A DNA stretch of 63,693 nucleotides, filler included, from Asterionella formosa (taxonomy: Eukaryota): NCBI GenBank assembly GCA_002256025.1. It is 13 parts of 13 records of this genome, joined end to end, with 100 filler letters (N's around TTAATTAATTAA, not from the genome) between each part and the next. Parts side by side here need not be neighbours in the genome. Positions count along the whole stretch, not along the records: positions 1 to 17,311 come from NKIB01004507.1; 12 more parts are not named here. The stretch is one strand, 5' to 3'. The notes beneath the pieces were generated by a model. That model was not told where the DNA came from, did no database searches, and saw only the letters and a list, made by a program, of their open reading frames with translations. This document shows, one piece after another, positions 1 through 9,420 of the stretch. A program made the translations under genes and the position numbers. The stretch's first letter is position 1. The number at the start of each line of letters is the position of its first letter.

Positions 1-319
1 TAAATAAAAAAATTACTTAAAGAAACCAAAAATTACTTAGACACCCACAGTTCTCATCGAAAAGCAAGACGATAGCTAGGGTCGGGATTGCTCACCTGGT
101 ATCAGTCTCACCAGGTATCTTGATGTATGTATTGGTATATTAGTATCATACATCACTGCAGACAACAGGCTCGCAGCACCAAGAACGACGAAGATAAGTT
201 AGCGGCCAAAATGTGTCGGCGTGCAGTGTTCTCAATTTTCTGGATTCGATGTCGCACAATTGACAAAACCTATCAAAATTTCCAAATTTTCTAGAAAAGG
301 AACAACAATCCAATCCATC

Positions 320-838
320 ATGTCAATCAATGAACACTGTAGCACCGATGCCATTAAATCTATTCTTTCTAGTCGTTGGACCGGAATCTGGAAAGGGCAA
401 GGACGTGCGTTGAAACAAAGTGGCGATTATGCTTCCTCCTACAACGAAACTCTCAATATCGCTATCGTTCGATCATCACCTACATTTGTGGTACTAGAGT
501 GGCACCAAGACGCCCATAGTGCTGAAAGTGGAAAGCCCATGCATAGAGAATCAGGGTTCATTAGAATTGAGACTCATGATACTAGACAGCGATTCGTGGC
601 ATCTGCTGGATTTACTCACTCATTTCCGGCTGGTATCCTCACTGAAATATGCAAGGGGACCTTTACAGGGGAAAGCCTTGAGCTCACAGCCAGAGACTTC
701 GAAAGGACATCTCCGGGGCAGAAGAAGCCGCGATCCTATCTCAGACAATATTCCGTGAATGAATCTAATGTGATGACATACACTCAATATATGAACGATA
801 TTCTACATTTGACTTGCGAGTTGACGAGGGCAGAATAA
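320..838 (+). CDS. Nitrobindin (THAP4-like/DUF1794) heme-binding beta-barrel protein
   Basis: ORF 221..838, first ATG at 320. Motifs GIWKGQG, Y-N-E, GKPMHRESGFIR and C-terminal HLTCELTR (putative heme-ligating His) match the nitrobindin pattern. Confidence 0.8.
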   Translation: MSINEHCSTDAIKSILSSRWTGIWKGQGRALKQSGDYASSYNETLNIAIVRSSPTFVVLEWHQDAHSAESGKPMHRESGFIRIETHDTRQRFVASAGFTHSFPAGILTEICKGTFTGESLELTARDFERTSPGQKKPRSYLRQYSVNESNVMTYTQYMNDILHLTCELTRAE

Positions 839-950
839 TGCACTAGACCAAATTGAATGTTTATATCTCCTGATTTTTTGTTGTGGACTTGAGATGCGTG
901 ATACCTACTGACAAAACTCTTTGGTTTGTACGCCATATCCACAAGCAAAC

Positions 951-1469
951 TTACTTTCCCAACATCTCCTTCAGCTTACCGGAGGAAGCCGCAGCTTGCG
1001 TATCGTCATTGCCTCCAAGAAATTTGCCACCAACCCAGACACTTGGCACCGTTCGTTGGCCAGTCATGCGTGAAAGTTCATTCTGCACAGACTGCCCGTT
1101 CGGCATTCGATCCAATTCATGGACAGCAACATCAATTCCCTTCATTTTAGAAAACAATTGCTTTGTAGATGTGCAGTATGGGCAGTATGACTTTGAAAAG
1201 ACAACCACCTGATGTTTATAGCGAAAAGTACACGTGAGCTCATTGGCACCATACACAATTCTCGATGTGTAGTGCGAGAATTCGCATCAAACACGCACCT
1301 CATGACCAGATGTTTCTCCTTGGATGAATTCCTGTATGTTCGCCATGTCAGCTTTGAAGTCAGACGAGCTTTTATTTCCCATCTGATGTTTGTTGAAAAT
1401 TGATGCTTGCACTACCTGTAGGTGATTTACTATTACAAGCAGAAGTGGCAGAAAGAACGAAGGCGCCAT
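951..1469 (-). CDS. Dithiol (CPYC) glutaredoxin with N-terminal signal-like peptide; 2 exons (1469-1299, 1208-951)
   Basis: VVVFSKSYCPYC, TVP and GG-D motifs. A 90-nt GT..AG intron (1298-1209) joins ORF 1287..1469 in frame to ORF 951..1256. Confidence 0.9.
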
Positions 1470-1947
1470 GAACGAGACTTACATTTGCCTTCTGTGATCG
1501 TGGAGCAAGGATGCAGTATCTACCAACAGAATACATATAGGAGCAGTAAAATATTCCCTGGCGGTACTGGTACCATTGAACCAGTACCTGATACCTGCAA
1601 GTTGCGGTCATTTTGCTTAAATAGACAATTTAATCTGGGATTTATTAAGCTAGCTAAATCTTTGCAACAACATGCTGGAACCAAGTACGTACCAACACCT
1701 TTGGTTGAAAATAGTTGCGGCGATTCTTAAAATTTCTCTTGAGGCATTTTGACTCCTACCGGTAGTACTTTGCTAAGCAACAGTTGTAGCGGTATGAATA
1801 TAAAGTAAACGAACCGGTAGACCTATGTACGGTACTCCTGTTTGCACTACATACCAGGTACCATAACCGGTTACGGTACTCCGTATATCCGACCAAGATT
1901 CCTGTACGTGCTTAATTTCCGTAAGCATAAGTCGGTGATATTATACT

Positions 1948-2575
1948 GGGCGCGCTCTGATAATAAAAAATTATTATATCATGTGTGTATTGTAACACAA
2001 ATTATTCTGGTGATCTGCTACATAATATCATCCTTGCGCTCGGATAATAGAGATAGATATTTTAGATTACTTCTCTGACAATATATATATTTTTAACTTT
2101 AATTTTTAACAGTTAAATTTTCATATCGATGATGCATCCTCTTGTATGATATGCCACCTCTTGTTCATTATATGCATGAGTTCTATATATTCATCATCGT
2201 TGGTCACTGACCATGTCGACTTTCATCTGATCTCCTGATGATGATGATGATGATGACATTATGATCACATTGCTACTGTTAGCAATGTGCTATCCACCAG
2301 TAAATAGGACGCCATCGTTCAGGGAAAGTTTGACTGTTGATGAGGTCAGAAGAAGAAGTGGCAAAATCCGTCACCACGCACTACAGCATCCATTATCAAG
2401 TCCATTCTGGACTTTGTTCAACAGCAAACATGGCTGATGTGCTGGTAGTCACCCCGAGGTGCTTACCAGGTTTACCAAATTTGGTCAACACAAACACAAA
2501 TTTTGGGGTTATGGGTACAATGATTTGTGTTATAATACACATGATATAATAATTTTTTATAATCAGAGCGCGCCC
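1948..2575. mobile_element. MITE, PIF/Harbinger-like
   Basis: About 50-bp terminal inverted repeats beginning GGGCGCGCTCTGAT, with 3-bp target-site duplication ACT (1945-1947, 2576-2578). No coding capacity. Confidence 0.8.
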
Positions 2576-2598
2576 ACTGCAGTATTACTTGTAAAAAT

Positions 2599-2738
2599 CA
2601 ACCCAGGTTGTATTTTTCTGTAGGCCTCAATTATCGTTCTACTGCGGATGGTAAAATACCTTGACGGTATTTTTCCGTACTTGATCACGAGAAAATACAG
2701 TATTTTACAACAAAGAAAAAATCAACCCGGTTGCATTG
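2599..2738. repeat. Short copy of an element family bounded by CAACCC(A)GGTTG-type direct repeats
   Basis: Both ends and an internal tttttctgtagg..gttctact segment are shared with 29748-32170. Confidence 0.5.
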
Positions 2739-4244
2739 ACGGTTGATTTTGTACTCCCTTTTTGGTTGAAAAATCAACTCTGATTAGTCGTAGAAAGTCT
2801 GGGATGTGCGTGATGACGCATAAAAATATGCACATGAAGCAAGATGGTGGTAATAGGTACCTGGTACTCCGCTTACCGGCAAGTTGCGGTAATTTTGCTA
2901 TACGAGCAGTATCCAAACTTTAGTGCTACATACGTCATTGTGCTGGCAATAGTGATTCCAATTCCAAATTGATTCATGTGTATCTCTTTTACTTTTTCAT
3001 TTAATAAACCACCTGACCACCTGGTTGTTTGGAATTGACTGTAACTTTAATCTAATTTAGCCTACAATATTGAGACCTAATATCTTTTTACTTATTCTGC
3101 CAGTTGGTACCATAGTAGCTAGGATTTGCTTAATGTTTGACCGTTTTGATTAAAGTATCAATTTCCCTTAATGTGTGATGTCATCATTTCAGCCCAAATG
3201 CCATCACAGCCGCATACCAACATAACACTGTAGTTAGTGATACAACATACCATTAAACATAAGGTGAAGTAAACAATGTATTGCCCATGAAACATGCAAT
3301 ATATCATACACCTTTTGATGGATTCATGTACAGGGTACCTGAGGTAGCCCACATAGGCACTAGCTAGAATGTAATTATTTAGCTTAGATTATGCTTTTTC
3401 TATATTTAATACACTACAGTGTAGTCATTCTGAATGGCTGGAGAGCGAATATTGCATAATGTTGTCTCAGCCTTGACCATGACAAAGATAACAAATAACT
3501 TAATGAAAATCAGAATGACGCTTTGCTATTTGGTATGTACAATAACAACATCATCGACAATACAATCAAAACGATTATGCTAATTACACTGATATTGACA
3601 ACGAAAATTGAAGGCGCTGATGGCACATTTTTTCATGTAAATCAGTGATGCACCATTTTAAAAATGACATGTTACGAGGAGCTTTGACACTTTTACAGTA
3701 ATTACACAACAAATAAGACTACGACTACGTCGATAACATGAATAATTGGAGCAACAGATGTTAAATAAGTTATTTATTTACTGAGAATTGATTGATTACG
3801 AATTGGCAAGTTGTATAGTGGTGAAAGCTGACAAATGTCAAGTATGCTGTCAAAACTACTACTAGTAATACCCTATAGTTAATGTTTGACAGCCCCTTCA
3901 TGCAGCATACATGTGAGTGCTTAAAGGAGTACAGAACATCATTATGAAATAATGCTACACATAGTGATCCGCTGTTATTACCAGCATATTGTTGACATAG
4001 TACCAGTAGAATAATGCTTGTAAATCTCTTTCGTTCTGTAGTGACACATGCAGTCATCTACATATGAATTAAGGACTGTGCATGCTTGTCTACAAAGTTT
4101 AAGAAAAATATTGCTTAAAGTTGTCTTGATTAAATTAGATTCCATCATTTGCTTAAACCTAAATAGTCTTTCAGTATTTTAACCCAAAATAAAACGATTT
4201 GGAAAGTAAAATGGCTGTTGATCCAGTCTAGTACAATAGCAGTA

Positions 4245-4545
4245 GCTAAGACACCAAAGATGCTAGTTGTTCTTTGACAGGAATGGGAGGTTGGGATTGG
4301 AGGGCAAAAGCCAGTAAGGCTATTTACAAGGGTTGAAAGGAGTAGACTGAAATTTATTTACTGCTGGTGCAAAATCCTGTGGGAGACAGTTGCAATGCTA
4401 GTTTGCGCTGGTGATAGCTACTCCTGCAAAAACAGCAATAGACCGAATTTATGAGCCATATGGCCAAGACCAAACAGTGACATACATACTCATGCATCTG
4501 ATAAAAGATTGTTGCACTGGTGGGCATTCACTACTGTGTGTTTAG
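4245..4545 (+). pseudogene. C-terminal domain of a CryptonS-like tyrosine-recombinase transposon protein (degraded)
   Basis: Translates to TPKMLVVL*QEWEVGIGGQKPVRLFTRVER..IDRIYEPYG..VT..GGH, resembling the conserved C-terminus of stramenopile YR-transposon proteins. Contains a stop and a frameshift. Confidence 0.6.
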
Positions 4546-4769
4546 ATAATTTCATTGAAATTTTAAAATTTGCAATGTCTTTAGTATTTACGTTGCTTGT
4601 TTCGTACCTCAATTGTTATTAACTATTTTATCTACTAGTAGTTTCATGGTTTGCATGTTAACATGCATATTACTAGAAAACTGGGGAGGTACAACAAGGG
4701 AGTTCATTTCATGACAAAACTATTTGAGGTGATGGTATTACCCACTCTATACAAGGCAGAAAATATACT

Positions 4770-5050
4770 GAGCTTTGTCGAAGGTGCTAGTTAACTACCA
4801 CTGCACTACATAGAGACGACTTTATGTACCAGGTACCTGGTACCCAGTCGAAACGAGTACCGGTACATCGCTACATAGCTTTTTTGTCGAAGGTGCTACC
4901 GGTATTCCATTAACAACCAGTGCACAACATAGCTACGACTATATGTACCGGTACCTGGTACCCAGTCTACCCTGTATTCAAGTATATGTACATCGCGAGC
5001 TTTGTCGAAGGGGCTAGTTAACTACCAGTGCAGTACACAGCTACGACTAT
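4770..5050. repeat. Three imperfect tandem copies of a ~110-120 bp unit
   Basis: Unit agctttgtcgaaggtgct..aactacca..acatag..acgact..tatgtacc recurs at about 4770, 4877 and 4997. Confidence 0.8.
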
Positions 5051-5129
5051 ATATGTATGGCCATAAAAGGTTGCGCTGAGAGTTGATTATTTTTCGGGTA
5101 CGTTCGTAATACTGCGGGCTTTTTTTAGA

Positions 5130-6115
5130 GAATGACAGTATACTGGTATACTGTATTCACTTGGAGAACAGTTAAGTATTTCAATATTGAAATGACAGTA
5201 TACCAGCATACTGATACTGCTTCCAAAGCAGTATTCTTATTGTCACTCAGTCATGCGCACTCGCGCTCTTTGTTTTTTTCGGTCAACAACAAAGGATGCA
5301 GCAGGCAATCATGGCAGCTACTTAAGTGCTTTGGTTCTATCATGTTAATCTACTTGATCATCATCCATCTCTAATGTGATAGTCCTTTACCGACCACAAC
5401 ATCATTCCAGTAATGTCTTTTCATTTTTAGAAATAGGATCACTTCAAACACAGCAGGTGATGCATGTTGACTTCCTCACACAAGTAAGAATGTGATTGGC
5501 AATGGAAAAGAGCCTTTCACAACTAACAGAATTACCAAGGAGGAGGTCAAGACAAATGTAATTTTCATTGATGGACCTGACAGCACGCTTGCGCCATTAA
5601 ATTCTCTTCTGAATCAAATCTGCATAGTTTTGTTGGTGTTCTGAAGAAACAGCACCATCTGAATTTTCAAGACATTCTTCAGAGGAATCATTACTCATAC
5701 CATCGGCAGGTACAGCATGTGTCTTCCTAAGTTTTGCAACTTTATTGCTTTCTTCAGCATTCAGCTCTTTCCCTTTCATAACCTTCATGACAGCCAACTC
5801 AAACAGTTTGTCAGAAGTACCAAGGAGGAGGTCAAGACAAAAATAATTTCTATTGTATGCCGATTTTTCTATTTTGGTGTTGCTTAATAGCCCAAGCATT
5901 GAACGGAATTTCGCTCTAAAATGCTAAAAGACATGCCGGATTTTATGTAGATTCTTACATAGCAGTATACTGGCAAGCTAGACCAGCCAGTATGTTGGCA
6001 GAATTTTGGAACAGTATGGTATTTGGAATATAGAATGACAGTATACTGGTATACTGATGCTGCGTCTGGAGCAGTATCAGTATCCAATACTGCAGTATAC
6101 TTTCACCGACCTCTG
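5130..6115 (-). mobile_element. Internally deleted hAT transposon remnant
   Basis: Minus strand 5390-5560 reads SVSCERLFSIANHILT..RKS..FEVILFLK..YW (hAT dimerisation domain), with FELAVMKV upstream. CAGTATACTGG subterminal repeats and a CAGAGGTCGG terminus at 6115. An inverted homologue of the subterminal region lies at about 40800-40920. Confidence 0.65.
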
Positions 6116-6349
6116 CCCGTAAGTAGTAATTGCCTCTCTACTGCTAGTTAAATACCGTATACTTCATTGTCCTGGACCCCCCATTGTACACTGATGTGAC
6201 TGAATTTGACTGATTTTACTTAAGGGGGGGTCCAGGACAATCACGAGATTTCCCTTATAATAGTCCTAAGTTAATTTTATTAGTTCCACAGGATGGCGCG
6301 CATTTTTCTAATATTTATTAATATGATCACTGTTTCCGAAAAGTGAAAA

Positions 6350-7436
6350 ATGAGAAAGTTCGTCACCTTGCAAGAAAAGCGCAACATAGTGGATGAAGCA
6401 TGGGAACTCCCTGGCATCATCAAGGCTGTTGCACCTAAGTATGGTATTGGCGCCAGCAATGTTCGGCGCTGGAAAGCTAACTTTCATCATTTCGGCAATA
6501 GTTATTCTGATGTAGAAGGTTTATTGTCAGATGAGGGTCGTCGTCAAACTTTTCATTCAGGCAAGCCGCGTAGCAATAGTGCAGCTGAATTTGCGGCGAT
6601 TCCTCTCTTCTTGTATGATCAGCTTCGTGGTGATGATCGCGCTTGTTCGATCATGTTGCTTGCTGCTGAGCTGAAGCGCTTGTCAGGACATGTTGTTAGC
6701 TTGAGAGTTATTCAACAGCGTGTAGCTCGTAGGTGCACATCCCAAAACATTGTGTATCATCATATCACCCACAAGGCACAAAACACGCGCTATGTACTGA
6801 GTGTCATGCAGGAGCATCTCCAGTACATGAACGCACAGTTTCTTGAAGGGTCTTATCGTCGTGCTAGTATCGTAAATATAGATGAGACAAATATTTATTT
6901 CGATATGGCAGATGGGCTCATGCTAGCTGATAAAGGTGCGAAAACCATCAGTTTACGCACCAATGGCAGCAGCATGCGTTGCACAGTCTTGTTGGGTGCT
7001 ACCATGTCTGGAGAGAAGCTTGCTCCTCTTGTTATTTTCAAAGGAGTCCTGAGGTCATGATCCAGCGAGAATTCAACAATCAACAGCTTGCTTATCCCAC
7101 ATTCAGCCATGATTCTCAACCAAGCTACCTCCTGATGGACGAGTTCCAGGTGCATTTGTGGCGACAAGCCTCAATGCAATTAAGGATTGTGGCACTGCTG
7201 TGGACTTCATTTGTGGTGGCTACACATCAAAACTTCAAGTTTTGTACGTTGAAGTAAACAAGCCCTTTAAGGGTTTTGTTAGGAACGCCTAAGAGGACTG
7301 GATGGTCGCCCATCTTCATGGTACGAAGGTGAAGCGACAGGATGTTGCTCAGTGGGTTTGGACAGCTTGGCTGAGGGTGTCACAATCAACAATTTCGAAC
7401 ACTTGGAATGTGGTTTGTTACGTTGCAAGCAATTGA
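6350..7436 (+). pseudogene. pogo-type DDE transposase (HTH + DDE_1), disrupted
   Basis: N-terminal HTH (..KYGIGASNVRRWK), then NIDET, CTVLLGATMSGEKLAPLVIFKG, and after frameshifts LLMDEF and GGYTSKLQVL..VNKPFK. In-frame stops present. Confidence 0.85.
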
Positions 7437-7725
7437 TGACTCTATGTATTATGTGACTAGAAATATAACTTTATAGTCTGTTTAAGCATGCTCTATTCTT
7501 ATATTGTTGATTTGTAGAAGCAATTCCATAGCTTCAATGTTAAATAGCTCAAGTCGTAATTTATGATTCGATTTTTCGCATTGAAGGTAGTAGAACTATA
7601 GTTGACGTGAATCACTATATATGCTAAAGGAAACGACTCTAGAATCTATTTACTGTTCTACAATATTATAATATATAGTATAGAATGCAATTCTACATCG
7701 TTATTGAGGACTGCTACAATCGAAT

Positions 7726-8145
7726 CTACTCCTGGCCTTGAAAATCCTCCATCAAGCGGAATGAAGCCATTTCGGAATTCCTCTCCTTGCTCTTCTTTCT
7801 CATCATCGAATTTCATTGTCATCATACAGTTCTAGTAGCACCTGCGCAAACTTGTCGATGTACTTGCTCTGTGGTGAAGGCAATGCTGCAACTTCTCTGC
7901 CCAGAAACCTAACAGTGCAAAGTTCCGTGCCATCCTTGCTTGATGAGTACAGCTTTGATCGTCTCCAATGGCTTGTCCAATACATCCTCCACAACAGCCA
8001 GCTTGAACCTGATCACATCATCAGCCTTCACCGCTTTTCCGCAGCATTCATGTTGCTCACATGAGCGCCCATTGCTGGAAGCATTCAGTCCAAGCAACTC
8101 CCCATCTCGGCGGCTGTTGCTTGTTGGTGATCTTGTTGTTGACAT
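7726..8145 (-). pseudogene. Passenger ORF2 of the pogo-like element (~140 aa, frameshifted, unknown function)
   Basis: ORFs 7909..8145 and 7803..7994 plus a terminal piece join across frameshifts: GELLGLNASSNGRSCEQHECCG..IKAVLIK/DGTELCTVRFLGR..YIDKFAQV.ELYDD../RKKS..MASFRL. Lies inside the TIRs. Confidence 0.6.
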
Positions 8146-8567
8146 GATTAATATGTAGTATGCATTGGTAGTACCGATATTACCAGAAGTTTATAATAGG
8201 AGCGTCATTCAATTTCCGCCACAAAAATCAGAATTATAGCACGTTACTTTGTCTATGTCTAGAAAATTATTGTGTGTTTGGTGCCACCTCGAAAAAATGT
8301 ACAAGGTGGTCCAGCACAATGAAGTATAGAGTACTACTTTAGAATCTCAGTTCCTTGTTAATGTAGCTACCGCTGGCATTCGTTGCAAGCGTTTCTCCTT
8401 TGCAACACTCACAGGTTACTGAGGATCCCTTCCCACCAGAATCCCATCATTCATACAATCTCCATTGCCTCATGATCCCAGCCAATGTCACTGATGCAGC
8501 TGGATTCAGTGGCAAATTGACTGTTAGGCAACAACATAATGCCGGTGCACTATTTCGCCATCCTCAT

Positions 8568-8638
8568 GGTGAACTGTTGGTGGCACCGCTTAACCCTAAC
8601 CCTAACCTTACCCTAGTACCTGCCATCACCAGTTCACC
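8568..8638. repeat. Hairpin with telomere-like (CCCTAA)n loop
   Basis: Arms 8568-8585 and 8621-8638 are 16/18 complementary. The loop contains taaccctaaccctaaccttaccctag. Confidence 0.75.
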
Positions 8639-9231
8639 CCTAATGTTCCACTCCCACATTTTTTCCCCTCATCATCCGAGTTTCTTGCCACTTATCCCCG
8701 CAATTTTGCGCATCCCCTTCGTTATTCCGCCCCTTATTCTATGAGTCCCAACCCACCACCGCCCCAGGCTTCCCCTTTGGTGGCTTCCCCAGCATCCTAG
8801 TACTTCAGCAAAAAAATCGTATTCCTATGATGTATCATAGGATTATGATCATCTGATCATAATTTTTCGTTATATCATCTAATAATTTTGATAAATGCCC
8901 TCGTAATTTAAATAGAAACCATTTTGACTACTAAGTATATTTAATTATTATATGTATTATTTCTATTAGGTTCCTTTTTTAAATTTCTTGGTAGGATAAT
9001 GTACCGGTTAAATTTATGTGGTTTGGTTCATCATCCTCTCCATTTCTCCTCACTCTGATTCTTGCAACAGCCACAAAACAGCCATGTCGAGAGGAACAAG
9101 TTTTTGTGACAAAATCTTCATTTGTTGTTCAAGTCATCATTTGTCTTCGATTAATCATCATCTACAGTGCACAGTATGTTCGTATGCAATCCGTTTAGAG
9201 CTTGAAAAGAAATCCAATGAAAACGAAATGG

Positions 9232-9420
9232 CTTAAGCATCACTAAATTCCTTCCGGCAGCCGGTATGCAAACCAGTAATAGCTTCCTGGTAGTAAAGTG
9301 CTGCTCCAGCAGTATGGTGCTGCTGTCATTGACAGGGCAGAAGCGATTTAGCGCTACTGTTGGTAATATACCGGCATTGCTCCTAGTAGCTACTTGTAGA
9401 TAAATGACCAGTATACTGAG
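9232..9420 (-). repeat. Putative 3' LTR
   Basis: Immediately follows the polypurine tract and is a close direct repeat of 14196-14387. Confidence 0.7.

Larger units (their letters stand above)
6162..8324 (+). mobile_element. pogo-like (Tc1/mariner superfamily) DNA transposon, full length but decayed
   Basis: TIRs CTTCATTGT(C/G)CTGGACC(C/A)CC..TGTACA flanked by TA on both sides. Encloses a transposase and a second, convergent ORF. Confidence 0.85.

Noticed and set aside
5056..5060. TATGG as a CryptonS terminus downstream of the 4245-4545 remnant
   Set aside because: A single 5-mer with no definable partner end; expected by chance.
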